From positions 79,918,001-79,982,000 of the forward strand of contig OZ320316.1 in NCBI GenBank assembly GCA_976226885.1: a stretch of DNA of 64,000 nucleotides. Direction: 5' to 3'. The first letter of the stretch is position 1; each line of letters begins with the position of its first letter. Made by a program: the position numbers and the translations under genes. The DNA is from Iphione sp. A-MEVVRFRX5. Lineage: Eukaryota. Positions 38,701-53,424 of the stretch are shown here, one piece after another. Under the pieces are notes generated by a model. That model worked only from the letters and a program-made list of their open reading frames with translations, searched no databases and was not told the origin of the DNA.

Positions 38701-41700
38701 ATTTGGGCGGCTGCCACGCAGCTGTCCTTGACAGTCGGGTCTTGCTACTTAACCAGCGTGCGCTATCCATCCGTGTTCTAAGAATAGGCTCTAAGCTGTT
38801 ACACCACAATATTTGTACTGTATTTTGGTGGATTCAAGTTATGCTGAAGACAAGAAAAATGTTTGAGAACAATTAAAAGGGACCCAGCGATTGAGCATAC
38901 GCATCTATTTAATGAAATAAAACCAATCGAAATATAGGTACTTACATGCATATATATACACCCATTTCAGTTTATTTTCATATTGTGTGCAATTGCGCGA
39001 CATACCACTTCAGTGGGAAGGAAGATGGAGGGAGGAGGGCAACAGACATACAGACAGACATGCCAACAGATACACTGAACTAGGCAGCGTCAAGAAACAG
39101 ACGCGCCTATCACAGAGGGGTGGGGAGTCAATTCAAGGTATTGACGACTGGATGAATGGGTCCCCGTTCTCCAAAGAGAATGTCGTGATGTAGTGCAGGG
39201 CAAGCCTTTCGGATCTTATCTACCCACAGTGACGTTTAATGATGTGAAATTAGATGACGAAGTGAATCATAAAGTAACGCTTGCAGTAGGAGCTAAGTCA
39301 TTTTTATCTCGTTACTCCACTGGTTATCAGGATCGGCATTAGCATCTCGGGAAAATGGCTGCATTTCCCAGGATGCGAATTGATCATCTTTTCGATCTGT
39401 AGATCCCAGTCATCCCAAGGAGTGAACGTTATCAATACAAATAGTATTGCTGGTTGGTTTTGTCGGGCTTCTCGTGAAGGAGATATATAGTTGCTGCGGT
39501 AGATTTCCATCGAGCGTACTTGTTAAACATCCACGCGATCTCTTTCCTCACAATTAGATCGAATTATTGATCTGATGGCTATGAACTAAATCCAGTCCCT
39601 GTCTCTGTGGCTGTTTTCTTTCTTGCCTGCTGTGTCTCAGCTTACTCTTCCAAGTAAAGCGCCTCTTTTATTTGCCTGTGTAGTCGGGTAGTGCCACTAC
39701 AGCTGCCACTCATGTAGAAAATTAGACCCCAATCTGTAGGCATTTGAACACATTCTAGGCCACTTGAAATGCCGAGCGCCCGGTTTGACGTGATGAAGCG
39801 GACTCCTATCAAGCGTGATAAGTGGGAAAGTCCATTGGCAGGCCCCAGTGTGATGCGACAAAGACAACCTTGGAGAGGCACCGAGTCAGTATTAGCCAAG
39901 GGTAGCGCCGTGATTCGGCGGTCAAGGGCGCTGCTGATAACGGTTAACGCCAGAAGGCCACCGATCCAATCAGCTGAGGGGTCGGGGGAAGGTGATGAGA
40001 CTGGGTGATTGTGGGGTTTTGGGTGGCGCCTCGGCCACCCGGTTAGGAGGATCGACCAGCCGCCTCCACCGCCGCCGCCGCCAACGCCCGGATGTGGCGA
40101 ATTTTCTGGCTTCTTGACTAAGAGCAACCAGCAGGACGACGTGGGCAAAGCAATTTTGGACCCAAATCAATCGAACCGAATCCCGGAGCATTGGCCCAAC
40201 CTTGCGAGTATTGCTTCAGCCCTGGGACAGATTCTCGGCATCAACAACAGCGACTGTCCCATCGGTGAGCGAGGCGGATGGTGAGGCGGAAAAAAAAAAC
40301 TTGCCATCAGTATGAGGTAACCGCCTTTGGACTGCTGGCCGTCCTCACTGAATATTTTTTTACTGCTGTGTATAGAAATGTACTATAGATAACTTAGAAG
40401 TTTCTTTCACGAGAAGACACAATAGTTAAATGGTATATAGCTTTCAACATTTAATTTAGACATAATTTTTAAACTAATGTATAAGCTAACGTACTTCAAT
40501 ACCTACTATGTACTGGTTCAGTTTTGGAAAATGTCCTTGAATTACGGCTAGGATTGGTGAAAGACTGATAGGTTACCCGCCGACCTTGAGCTCGACTACT
40601 GCCCACTAGCTTGCAGATGCCCCCTCTTACTACAGGCAGACCAACAATTGATGGGCTCTACTCGCCACATTCCTTCATATATCACTCAGCATGCAGAGTT
40701 TGTCTCCGCACTTCCCTCCTCCCCGCTCCCTCACAGGGCGAGACTGTTTGACCTGTTTTATGTTTCATTGTGGTTTTAGGGGGAGCCTAAGGTTGCACAG
40801 TCCGACTGGAATTTCACCGCAGTCCGTTTTCACTGCAGCGGCTTATTTTACGCTGGAAAGAAAGTGTCTTTGCTATTCTGCCATTTTTAGGTCAGGCTCA
40901 GCTGGGTTTTTGTATGCCTGGACGTCTGTGGCCGATAGCTAACAAGCTATGAGAGTGACTGAAATGACAGGACAGTTCTCTGGCAGAGCGGAAGCAGTCA
41001 CAGCATGCGGTTCCCCTGTGGCCGGAGTACTCCTGGTACCAGGCCTTACGCAATGAACCAAATGGGGAAATCGCAGGAATGACACAAACTACTGAAGCAT
41101 TCGGAAGCTGATGATGCTGGACCATCGTCATGCTGGTCTTTCTATTTTCCACGCTTTTTCTATCTCTATGTTACGCAAGGATGCTCACAAATACCTCCTT
41201 CTGTAGACAAATAGCGCACGGCAGCCAGCAGTGTAAAAAGGGACGTCTATCATGAAATCATGGCGCGTCTTGATAAGGTATTCCATATAAAAAAAAATCT
41301 GAGAGACACGTCGCAGATTCACAAGGAAAATGTAAGGATAAAACGAAGGGTTAAACTACCCCCACCTAGAAAGGGAAATAGTATGTGGAGCTGTAGTGAT
41401 AAATTTCCAAGAGTGAAGTATAATTTAAAGAGTGGCCTACGGAGACCGAAATTCTATTGGCATACTGAGTCTTAAGGTGTTGAAAGGTAGATTTCCCTCG
41501 AGCCCACCAGAGGTCAGCCTTGAAGGTCAGCCGTGGAGAAAAACTGGGCGTCTTGCGGCGTCCTTTTTCACTGGTCACCTTTATATATTGTTTCCGGATT
41601 TATTGCCCACTCCCAGACGATTACTTCCTTCATGAAAGTCTGTTCGCCCTCTCCTAGTGTTCGTCTTGCCCACAATGAGACGTGAACCTGCCGGCAGGTA

Positions 41701-44700
41701 ATAGAGAGACGCGAGGGACAGACAACGGCACGAAAAATACACTCGATTTCTCCGAAGGAAGTAAGAATTTTTTAAAGAGCTGTTCTTGAATGCAGTAGCA
41801 TGGGTCAGCTGAAAAAAGCAGCCCATTCATCTTGCTTCCAAAACGGAACATTTCTCAATACCGTAATACATGTTACTATGAAAGCAGTTAAAAATGGTCC
41901 CATTTTCATTGAGTATCTGTAGAACCAAGGATTTAGATGCCCTGTTGCATTGTTCATCCACATGCGCGCATATGATTTGTGGCCTTTTGTATATTCAAAC
42001 CAGGAGGTCGGGCTGCTGATATAATGATTACCCAGGGATATCCGGCCGGCAGATATCGTCGGCTGTAGTGTTGAGAACTGTAGTATTTGAAAGCGTACGA
42101 GGGACTTCTGCCCTGAGCGCCTGTCATAAGATAAATAAGCCTGTATTGCTCGTTAGATGATTGAAAGGCCTTACATCAAAGCAGCAGACTAAGACTGGGA
42201 GATTGTTTTTCACTTAACCTCGTCCCGTGATCAGAAGCTTGTTCTTTGATTTTTCTACTGAAATAATACCCTTTTGCTTGACTAGCCCGGTGTCCTCCGG
42301 TTGTCTCAGACCCTGCGGCGTATGCTTCTTCTGCTCGTACCTCTGTGTGCGGCATCAGATACAAAGAAGGCGACGTCTTTATATAAGCGCAGAGAGCGGG
42401 GGGTACCCTCAAGGAGGGGTTGGATTGGTATATTCGGGAAGGAGGGATAATTTTCGTGGGCAGTACTTAAGACGTGCCTTCGAGCTTGTTGACCGCAAGC
42501 AGTTGAGACTTTCTTGGAACAACCAGGGAAAAAATATACTAGCGATAGGCATCTGCTCAAGTGGCTTGGCTGGGCGTCGTCACGTCCCCTCGTTGCGAGC
42601 CACCCCTCTTGACACCCTTGTGTCTAGGCAAGGAGCTCTAACGAAGGCTGCTATAAATGTTTCCAAGGGGGGAATAGGTGCCTCCCAGGCACATACTGCT
42701 TATCAGTGGGTGTGGTCGTCTGGCATGTGATTTACACGGAAAGCTGCTTAAATGTAGAAGTAGTTATCAAGCCTCAAATGAGATGCTTACATCTTATTTT
42801 AAGGTTTGTCCATTGAAATGGTGGTAGGGAGGATTAATGCCCTGTTTTGCTCGTGGAGGATGAAAATGATTTCTTTATTGATTACTTGAATTTGTATGAT
42901 CCTATTCCATGTCTCAGGGGCTTCATTGTTATACCCTCCCGACTTAAGCTTAATGGATTAGTACCTCGGTTTTCCCACTTACCCGCAGGAAATAGAACGC
43001 AGTAAAAATAACACTTGATATCGCTGTGATGAATTTACTGCCTTCAGTTATTGCTATTCAATACTAGTTTGTTTAACTAAAGGTAATTTAGAAACAAAGC
43101 TCTCTGCTATCAGGCTAGTGGATAAAACTTTGCAGACTGCAACAGACAATTGTAACCTTAGTGTCACCAGTGTCTGTGGATTGAGTTGAATATTATATCA
43201 GTAGGAGAAGGATAGATTACCAGTCCAAGAGATTTTTTAGTATAGAAGTCGCATTCTTGGCATACACGTGTATTGATGAAACCCCAGTATCCAGTCCAGA
43301 CATTGGTTTTGTTCATTTTCAAGTACACTCACTCACATTCACACACTTATGTACCCAGTGAAAATCACTATGCATCCTTGATCGTTTGTTCAGCATGCAA
43401 ATTCGTCGGATATTGAATCGCACTTCTGTTGAAAAATGCACAGCGACTTCCAGTTTATTTCATTCAGATAATAATCGGAAATCCAGAGGTATATGTATGT
43501 ATGTGCAAATAAATGTGCATACATACGTTCTTGGCAAAGACCGTTGAAACTATATTTGAATCATTATTCGGAAGCTGCTCTAGAACAGAAGGTTCCCGAA
43601 GTCAGCAGATGAATAGAGTATCCCGGTAATTTAACATCCAGCGACTAATTGAAAAAAAGTCTCTGTTAATTAGTTTTTAGGTCGTGACCTTCACCTGCCT
43701 TCCAAGGCCTACGCAATACATATAGTGCCTCGAAGGAAAGTGAACAAACCACCAGGACGACTCGGGTCGTTCTTTTCAGTATGATCCGGCCCCTAATTAG
43801 CCTGTTCTAGCCGAGAGAGCTCGATTGATAGTCAGGGGATGCACACACTAGTCTCGCTTAAATGACCACCCATGGAATTGTCCTTTCCATCTCTGAACGT
43901 CCAACGACGAGGCCGTCACACAGCCTTCACACTCCTCATGTAAGTCAGCAATATATCGTCAAAGGGCGGGTGGGGGGCAGGTTCGATGGGCAACACTGGC
44001 AGTTACTTTTGTGTGTCTAGCAGTGCCGAACCATTGCATATTGGTCAACGCCAGGTATCCTCCTCTGCCATGAACAGCTGTATGGGAGTCGTGTGATATA
44101 AGATGAAGTTGAACTGTGAATCATTTCCTTTCCAAATAGTTAAAAACGTGTTGGTTGCAAGCCGCGATAGTGGAATGTTGGCAGACAATTACTGTGCATA
44201 TCCGACGACTCCTGAAGCTCATCTACGCAATGTCATTAAACCGTGTGCGATAAGCATGCTGTTTCCTCTTGGGTAGACGTTACACTTCTTTCTTTTCAAA
44301 ATCCAGAACGAATTTTTCAATATTGTACCATCTAATTACCGTTGAGAGGGAACCATCGTGGCCTCTGGTAATTCTGCTGCTTAAAAAGCACTACGGGCCA
44401 TCTGTAGCAATAAGCTATCTTAGTGGTATCGCTTCTGACAGGACATGAATTTTTAGTCGTACCCGTTCTGCTCAGATGCTGCTCAGGCTACTGTCGTTGA
44501 AATCAGGTTACTGATAGGATCGTAAGGAAGTAGAGTGGTGAATTTTAGAACATTTCATGGGACCACCTAAAGTACGAAATCGCGAGTAACATGAAGACGT
44601 ACTAGATCTAGGAAAGTATCTTACGGTGGGGGACTCCAATCACCGGTTCCCCCAGCACAGAAAGAAACCCTATGTACTACTTACTTCACCAAGCCATGAT

Positions 44701-46970
44701 CTAACGTTTTGGCGTGATTAATTCGTTCTGGCTTCCGAAATCCAGAAAAGAAAACCCAGCATGGGTGTGACCTTCACCGGCGAACACACTTAAACGTGGT
44801 TTACACATTTCCCATTGAGGAGGTAGTTTCTGAAAAGGTTGCCGGCTTCTTTTCATATGTAGATTAGAAATGTCCGCTCGTTCCAGTTATTAATGTGAAA
44901 AATGCAGAAGTGTAGGTCGCGGGGCAGTCAGTTTGCCCGCTCACGCTCTAAGGACTAGGCTTTAATTCCTTTGACATGAAGAAGCAGCCCCCACTCAAGT
45001 AGCTAATGAAAGGAACAATATGATAGATTGCCAGTGATGCCACCCAAAGAAGCCACTTGTAGTATATGAATTACGTGGGCAATCTCACGCATGTTTTTCT
45101 CTCTTGGTGGTCGGCTTATCGTCTGACGTACGATGACTGATTAATCTGTCGGACAGATGTTATAATGGAACGATTGATTGCTTCAAATTGCTCGTAACAT
45201 ACGCAGAGGCAGCCGAGCAGGCATGCTGAATGAAGACACCGGGTCTAAAGAGGAATGCTTAATTTGATAGTGAACGTCTCGTCCAGACAGTGTGAATTTT
45301 GAAGGCATGGATCCCTCCCGGCGGTTATTTTACTATTCGTTATATAGAGCTTCTTTCCCCTTGTAATACTGTGTACATCAAGTCGTTTCTATTTTTCAAA
45401 CAAAGAACTCTGCCAACTCTTCAAGGTGCCTTGTTTGGAACTTTTTTCTATTTTTCGTTAAAGCTATGTATACGAGAATAGATTTAGACACGAAGCGAAG
45501 TATGTAATTGAATGTCTTGTTTTGAAATACCGTGCGTTGCTTTAAATATTTCCTTATCAATGCTGCGTCACTCGGGGCGTTCCTGATGGAGTGAGACCGA
45601 CTCGGCGGTGAATAATTGATGTTGTGTATCGCAGCTAAACTATATCTAGCTAGGAAGACAGCGCCGAATTAAGTATTGCGGTCGTAGATCAAGAAATCCC
45701 GCGTGAACATTTTTCTAGTCTAATCGCATATTTGCTTTGCTTGCACACAAGGGAAGTACATGGCGTAGTCTCCTAAGGATAGTGCAAAGGACTGAGGCGA
45801 CTCCTGAATATACTCCTGGATGAATGATATACGCCGAAATAAATGGAGCGAGAATATGTATTGGAAAAACAATCCCGGATTGTCCTCAGCGGGCACATTA
45901 CGGTGGCCACCCCTCCGTCTTCACTGTACATTAGGGGCACCACCTCATCCCGCCTTTAATCCAGCAGAGATGATCCCCTGCACCCAGGAGGATCTGTCGG
46001 TCTAAGGAGCAGATCGAAATTACAGCCTGATGAAATCGATCGAGGCTAACCACGACCGGGCCTATTTGCCTTCCCCGTGCGCCATCCGTCCGACCGTGCG
46101 CCGGACCACACAGCCACTCCCTAGGTGTCTACACGTATATTATGAGAGATAGGATTGACCACTAGGCGGCCTTCCCTCTCGGCCCCTACAGGAGGGGCCC
46201 AATGGTCATCCATCCTAGTTTCGGCCAAGAGCCAAATGCTCCCCATAAAGCGGAGTCGTGATTGGACGACCGCCGTCCAGCCCAGGCTCATTCGTGTGGC
46301 CCACGCTTGTCAGTGCTTCAGGAGGGCGCCGGTTTTATTTGACAGATTGTTACCTGGGGGAAGGGATATGTCATCCGTGAGCGTGTTCACGGCTTTAATG
46401 CCTTTTCATATGTTAGGGTGGTTTATGAAACGCTGAAAGTATGCCCTATGTTAATTTATACAGGATCAGTTTGTTAACACAGCAGCGTGTGAGTACCATA
46501 AAGAGTAGGGTTCGCTGAGACTTGACTTTTAATTCCTTTTCGAAAACTGTACGTAATGCATGTCTGTAAGGGGCTCAGCCGTATTCCCAGTGGTTTCTGC
46601 AGTGGTTGTTTGGAGTGACTAAACGTGACCTGTGCCAGTTAGCTCGTTTGACGGTGTACACAAAGCAGGAAACGACACCCAGAGGCCCCAGCGGCTGTCC
46701 AGGCCGATGGACTTGTAGATTGTCTTCCTACGCATTTGAGCCGGGATGTTCGTTGGGCGGAGCGCCTAGGCAGAACCATGACGTGTGTCTTCATTCACGA
46801 AATGGATGTACTATTTGCCAAATGGCCCCCCTTTCCTTTGAGCTATGGTTGTCTCTTCGTCTTTCCTCACTCATCCCATCACTCTTTTTGACAAATACTT
46901 TTTTCTGTTTCTGCCTGTTTGCCACCTCTCTCCCCATCTCTCTCTCTCTCTCTACCCATCTGTCTCTCTC

Positions 46971-47103
46971 NNNNNNNNNNNNNNNNNNNNNNNNNNNNNN
47001 NNNNNNNNNNNNNNNNNNNNNNNNNNNNNNNNNNNNNNNNNNNNNNNNNNNNNNNNNNNNNNNNNNNNNNNNNNNNNNNNNNNNNNNNNNNNNNNNNNNN
47101 NNN
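46971..47103. other. Assembly gap (133 N) after a (CT)n tract
   Basis: Run of N. Confidence 0.99.
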
Positions 47104-48713
47104 TTACTGCCCTTCTTCGGCCCCTGTCCAGGTACTTCCCCACCTCACTCATTTCTCTCATCTCGACGTCCTTTTGAGTGCACTTCGCACACCAAAGGAG
47201 CTGAAGATTGGCAGATCACAGACCTTAGCGCGTGTTGGCGAGACGGCGTCACAGTGTAAGGCCGGGTGTAGAAGGCATCAGCCCCCGAAACTCAGCGGGC
47301 CTTTGCGGCCCTCGAAAGGCTATCACTTCAAAGGAGAAAGCGCTTTATCTCCCTGCAATCTCCATCTTGGTACCATTTCCACACCGCCTTCGTCTTTGCT
47401 AGCATGTTGTATGTCAGAGGTCAAGAAGGAATAATTTGGTTCCTTAAGAGAAAAAAGTAGTTTCCAGTGTTCAAAGGGAGGCACAGAAGCTGCACGTGTA
47501 TTAAAAAGGAATCAAATCGACGTGGACCGAAGAAACATATGAATTCCTTTTTTTGTACTTCCCGAATCACGGGGACCATTTGTTAGTAGTATATGTAGAA
47601 GGACCTTATAGTCGAAGAGAATGTCCTGCCTTACTCCGTCGAACAGATACTACTCTGTAATTTTTTTTTTTTTTTTTGGGGGGGGGGATGGAAGTCTTTG
47701 ATGCGCACTTCCTCGTTTCTTTTTCTGGTGTTCCAACTATATGAGGCTCTCTGCGGACTCGTGGGCGCGGTTCATGCACTGCCTCTGGGCTGGACCGAGG
47801 GAGAGGGTACTGAGCTGCCATGTTCCCTGGGGCTCAGCTGAGGGAAGATGGAAGCCCCAGTAACCAGCGACTTCCTCGTCGAGATTCTTGCAAAGACGCC
47901 GGTTAATGATACTTCTGATGAGATTCGGACCAGACAGGGTCTCCACGCACCCGGCTGTCGATTTGCACATAATGACACGTTAGTCTGTCAACGCTCGGGG
48001 ATCGCCAAGTCTACTTTGGTGCTCGCGCCACTCCGTTCCATCAGGAGGAAGTGGTAGCTGTGTGTAGTTTGTAGGGATAGATGATTGGGGGGGGGGTGTC
48101 AGGCGTGCGCATTGCAGGCACTTCGGCCATAACAGAGAGATCGACTCTTCGTGATTCGCAACGGGGTGCGAGTTGGGGGGTGTTGATGGTTCCCACCGCT
48201 CCCATCCTAGAAAGGAGAAGGGCGGACTGAAGGGTGAGCACATCGTTCCTGGTTAATTTCTTATCTTTATGCCCGCCTTTATAACCCCCTTCTCACCGAG
48301 ATGCAAATAGATGGAGATCATACAAGTCTAATACAGTTCGCAATATTGACCCGGTGTCGTCAGTGGGCGTTAAGTGCAGGTTTTATTTGAGCCATAGCGT
48401 TAATGGTGTGATCATCACTGGCCTTAGGCCTTGAATAGGAACCCCTTTGTCTTCAAGCCGCCCGGAATGTTTTTGCGTGTTTGTAAATGCAGGAAATCAC
48501 GCGATCTCGCGTGAATGGGCGTAAATTTGTAATCTATATACCGTGCCGTACTGCGGTCGTCGTGCATGTAGGCATAATACTTCCAGCTCAGTAACACTTT
48601 CAGGTTATGTTAAATGAATTGTTTGAAATTTGAATCAAGTGATTGTGTTGTAGATAGACCATTCCCTTTAATCTCCACTGTTCTGAAGCTATGGTTTCGC
48701 GTTTCCTTTGCAG

Positions 48714-48848
48714 TTAAATACGGAATGGACGCAGCTAGAAGTGATCGAACTCATCAACGATGGCTCTGGCCTAGGTTTTGGTATTATTGGTGGCAAGAGC
48801 ACTGGTGTAGTTGTCAAGACCATCCTCCCAGGAGGCATCGCAGACCAC
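48714..48848 (+). CDS. MPDZ: MPDZ/PATJ exon, N-terminal half of PDZ2
   Basis: Acceptor gtttcctttgcag|TTA and donor CAC|gtaagt; 135 nt, phase 0-0. [45 protein letters not shown] contains the GLGF carboxylate-binding loop and joins the previous exon as DMV-LNTEW, as in Patj-like proteins. Confidence 0.96.
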
Positions 48849-50515
48849 GTAAGTACCAGTCCTCTTCCCCCTCACAGGCGGTTGCCTTGGCTAGCCTAGC
48901 ATTTCGGATTGATTCATGAGCTCAACACAAAAAGCCATTGTTCAGTCAAAAGCTACAAATGTCGATTTCATTTAGCATTAAGATTACACGAAAAGCCCTT
49001 GCATTGGTTTTCCTGATGTATTTGTGTACGTTCTCTGAGCCCGCCCACTTTCAGTTCGCAGCAACAATGTTTGTCTACGATTTCCTTTTGAATGAACGTC
49101 AGCAATGCCCATCGTCTTCTTCATGCAGTTATGTATCCTTCCTAGCCCCTGTTAGATTCCCAGTTTAATGGGAAAGTATTCCCCTGCGACTGATGTTGAA
49201 TTTGTGCCACACAGGCAACAATTTATTTTCTGGACCCTTTCTTCTATGTAGTAACCTTTGCAAAATCCCTATTCAGGTTTTGCTTAAGTGCCGCGCTGAC
49301 TGTGACGCATTAATATTTTCTTGGTCCTCCGGGTCTTCTTCGTACAAAAACGAACCGTTTGAAATGCAGCGACGTTGGAAATGGCATAGGCTGTGTACTC
49401 CAGCGTTATTAATTCTTTGGGATTTTTTTTTAGTATCTAATAAGGCGATCACCGTAATATTATGCACCACCTCCAAGATGGACCGTCCCATGTGAATGGC
49501 TGCGCGGTGGTGGGGCCCCTTTTAACCGTGCAGTATGTCATCCTGCTCCTCCGCATCTTGATATCTGACAAAGACGGGCTTGCCAGTACATCACTACATG
49601 TAGATACAGAGAAAAATAAGGTTGGGGATTTTCTTTTTTTTATCATGGGAAGGCGTGTGTTTCAATGTAGCGCTAGAAAGCCCGGCCTCGCGAGCAGGTG
49701 TTGCCTTACATCGGGCGGCCGGGCATTACTAGCCAGGACGACACGTTTGTGGCACGCCTCGGGAGGAAATTATGGATTGGTCTACACAGAAGGTGGCGCT
49801 GATGGTCACCGAAAATTAGATCTCGGTGTTTGGTTTGTGGCGGCTCATCAGGCGCAGCCGCTAAAAAATCCATGATGGTGTATTTCACCGCGTGATCGTG
49901 CTGCCAGCCGGGCCGGGCCCCTTTCACCTCTCCTGGCTTGTGTCTGCAGAGACGGTCCATCTGGGGCAGGCGGCGGGTCGTCTCCTAAGGCAGACCTCGG
50001 CCAAAAGAGCCCGCCAACTGGGACAGATCAGCTTGGGCGGACAATGATACAAATGCCACATCGTTGTTTCGCACAGGTCGGCGTTGGAGCCCATTGTAAG
50101 GACTGTTATCGGCATCCATTGGATTTCCAGACAAAATAGCATTTTTTCCTGGGAGGGGAAGAGGAAAAAGGCGTTTAATGGACCCATCGGTTCCAAATAA
50201 AGAGTCTTCTCCGCCTTGGTGGTACGAGCACATTTGCGAGGCGGGGAACTAGCCTGAGGTCATGTTGCAGTAGGAGGGGGTTTAGGGCCTCCTTACTCGA
50301 ACTCCCAAGCCATGATGGGCTAGAGGCTGCTGGAGAGGTAGCAGGCTGAGCTAGTACCTATGGCCGGCGGTCATTTGTGTGCACCACGAGTTGCTATCAG
50401 GCTGTCTGTGAACTATGGCCCGAGGCCGCACCCAGCCTACATAAAGTATAGATGATTCTGGCAGCACGTCCCTCTGATAGTAGCTGCATAACCTCAGATC
50501 GACGGCAGCAGCTGG

Positions 50516-50517
<2 letters not shown>

Positions 50518-50548
<31 letters not shown>
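50518..50548. repeat. (AT)n microsatellite
   Basis: Direct reading. Confidence 0.97.
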
Positions 50549-50551
<3 letters not shown>

Positions 50552-50876
50552 GCATATATGCCTTTAAGTAAGGTATGGGGTAGCAGCAGATCTGTGTCTT
50601 GATAGAAGCAAACGATAGCAGGTATGACAGTAGCTCACAGGGAAATGAGCATGCCACTGATGGAAGCAACGGAAAATGATAGCAGGCTTTTACAGTAACA
50701 TCAAAGAGCCTGCAAATATAACATGCAATATGCTGATTTTGACTACTTCCGTCTTTCTTTTCTTTCTTTTTTTTTTTTGTTTGGGGTGTCGGTTTACAGT
50801 TCGACGTGCAAGTACGCCCGTATATTTCGACTACATCAGCTTTCTTGTGATGGGTTAGGCGTTATGTATGTTTCAG

Positions 50877-51218
50877 GATGGCCGACTGCGAAGTGGCGAC
50901 CACGTCCTCCAGATAGGTGACGTGAACGTGCGCGGCATGGGGTCAGAGATGGTGGCCTCCGTGCTGCGACAGTCCGGCAGCCACGTGCGGCTCATCGTCG
51001 CTCGCGGTGTCACCGAGCCCTTCCCGCCGGCGGTGCCGCAGGCGCCGATCGTGCCGACGCACTCGCTGGATGATAACCTGCGCCGCCTGTACGCGGCGCT
51101 GCTCGCCGCCGACAACCAGGAGATGGAGGACTACGAGATGCTGTCGGCGGGCGTCCACATGAACGGAGTCGGCGAGATAGACATTGGTGCTGCTGACCAC
51201 TACTACCCACTAGAAAAG
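50877..51218 (+). CDS. MPDZ: MPDZ/PATJ exon, C-terminal half of PDZ2 plus linker
   Basis: Acceptor tatgtttcag|GAT and donor AAG|gtgagc; 342 nt, phase 0-0. DGRLRSGDHVLQIGDVNVRGMGSEMVASVLRQSGSHVRLIVARG...YYPLEK; GC-rich codon usage. Confidence 0.96.
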
Positions 51219-53424
51219 GTGAGCAGCTCAGAGCGCGAGCAGTTAGTCAATGCCTCTAACCTGCCTCACACGAAGTTCGTGTCGCCAGGACCAGCGGTGA
51301 TTTTTATGGTTGTTTATGTACGCGCGGGGTCTCCTTTAGTTCAAGGACTTCAGTGGCTGCAGTCGGAGACTTCATTTTTCTCAGTTGTGGTGGGGGAAAA
51401 ACACTTGTCTCTTCTTTTTCTGCCATACTAGAAGAAAGACCATTAGCTCTTGATTAGGGAACCAAAGCACTATGATTGAAGTGGTCGTCTAATATATTGA
51501 ACGTTGTCAGCTCGTTTAATACATTAGCTATCGTATTCAGCGTGGCCAATGATTGTGAATCCAAAACGAGTTAATAAACGAAGTGGAATCCGACCAGTTC
51601 AACACCAGAGAACTAAATATTAAATGTTAGTTTTGAGGGGTGACGCAGAATATCTCTACGACTTATGGTGCTACTCATAACAATGAAACTCAAACTGATG
51701 CATTTATTTGTTTCATAAACGAAATATAATACGCCACCCGGGAGTACAATTCCTAGTAGAAATGCATCCCCTTTTGTGGCCTAAGTTATACATGAAGTTG
51801 AGTGGTTTAGTGTTGATGTTGCGAAAAGCTTGTTTTTTTGTGTGTGTATTGTACACCTCCCGCTCGGATGATGATACTCTCCCTCTCCTGTTTCACGACC
51901 GTCGTATTAAAAAGGAACTAATTCAGTTCACTTCGATGTCATCGTATTCATGGCAAGCATTTTTCTAATTTTTAAGGCTCGCACTATGTGTACTATCATT
52001 ACACGATACAAGTGCAATTAATTTTTCATCTCCGTTTTGATTTAGAGCACAGCGCACCACGTTTTGTTGGTCTTTGTTGACATCGCCCCTCTATTGTCTG
52101 TCCTCTTCTCATGAAAATTGATCTGTGTAATGGATGTGATGTTTCAGAGTACCTTTTTAATACTGCTTATCTTATAGAGATGCATTTATTAGCCCTGCCT
52201 TTAAGCCTGTGCCCTTTTTCATTGTATGCGATGGTGCGTTGTTCGTAATTTCTAACAGTACGTCGACACGATGTCTTACCCGCCAGCTGGGCACGCTCCC
52301 AGTCATATTAGCCCCGCGTTATCACGCTGAACTCATCCTGAAATAGTCATCATCCCTCCCCCCCCTTTACCTCGTCCTTAGGCCTGTTCTAATTCCACCA
52401 AATTGGATGGAAACATTAACCAGAGGCACACAGGCACAAGCTGGGTTAGCCGACCCCGCACGAAGTGTAGGCACCTCGTCCATGTTAATGCCCATTCAGA
52501 CAATCTCCAAGCGGGATCCCTCTTCAAAGCTTGGAGGGAATAATGACCAGCTAGTATTACCTGCAGCCGCAGAGATAGCTAATGACCGCTCGTGGCTGCT
52601 ATCGTTGAAGATGGCCCTCGACCCTTACCTTTCCCGCCGTACTTATCGGTTCACCTTGCTCATATCTGAACGGTTTTCCGCCACAGCAGCTAGAGAAAAT
52701 CGCTCATCAAAATGACAGTTGAAACACCTATAACGGGGAGGCCCTTGTGTTACGTTCGTGTGTGTTACAAATGAGCAATTTTTATTACAGAGTGACAGGT
52801 AACAGACGAGGCATCAGTGTTGTCGTGGAGGAAAAGGCACTGGTCAAGAATGTTATAATCGACAAACGGACACTTCTGTTTAATATAGCATACCCCCCCC
52901 CCACACACACACAGAGTCCAGCTATTGCGTGCGGTCTGTTTTTCACCCCCTGCTTGGAAGTGCATGTAATCATTTGGGAACGGTAATGCTATTTACCATA
53001 TTGAGAGTCCCTGAAAGTGAACCTCATAATGACAGCAGCCATAACATTTTTTTAAAGAGGGGCAATAAAAGCTAGATTGATGATGGCAGCCACAGCGATT
53101 TAGGCATAATATGAAAATACTGTAGTAGCACGCCCAGAAAGAAGGTAGGGGACATTCGTTCACCGTTCACCAAGCCCATTAAACGTGGTTTTTATGTTCG
53201 ATGAAACAAACGGAAGTCTACTTTAATGGAAGAAACTACAGTGAAAAAGAAGGCAAGATGGCTAGAATATTCACAAACCAAGTAAATGGTTATATACATG
53301 TATTAAGGCAAAACGTTCTTGCACAATAGCGGTCATCTTGACTGAGACGAGGCCACGTATAATCTTAATTGCTCTCTCTTACTACTCGATAAGCCATGTT
53401 TAACATGAATATTTATTACTTCAG

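Larger units (their letters stand above)
23707..48713 (+). other. 25,007-nt GT-AG intron between the PDZ1 and PDZ2 exons
   Basis: Flanking exons are phase 0/0 and join in frame. I found no convincing intervening coding exon or nested gene. Confidence 0.8.

Noticed and set aside
42227-42730. 167-aa ORF with GYPQGGV resembling the RT motif G.PQG
   Set aside because: No YADD-like motif at the expected distance and no other RT domains; probably chance or too decayed to call.
48614-48919. Overlapping 101-aa ORF across the PDZ2 exon in another frame
   Set aside because: An open alternative frame over 45 codons is common by chance, and it has no independent start context or homology.
50873-51210. 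Antisense ORFs over the GC-rich exon
   Set aside because: These are shadow ORFs caused by GC-rich codon usage on the sense strand.
51219-51431. ORF-track extension of the PDZ2 exon to 187 aa
   Set aside because: A strong donor AAG|gtgagc and an in-phase next exon explain the gene. The extension has no PDZ character and is most simply intron read-through.
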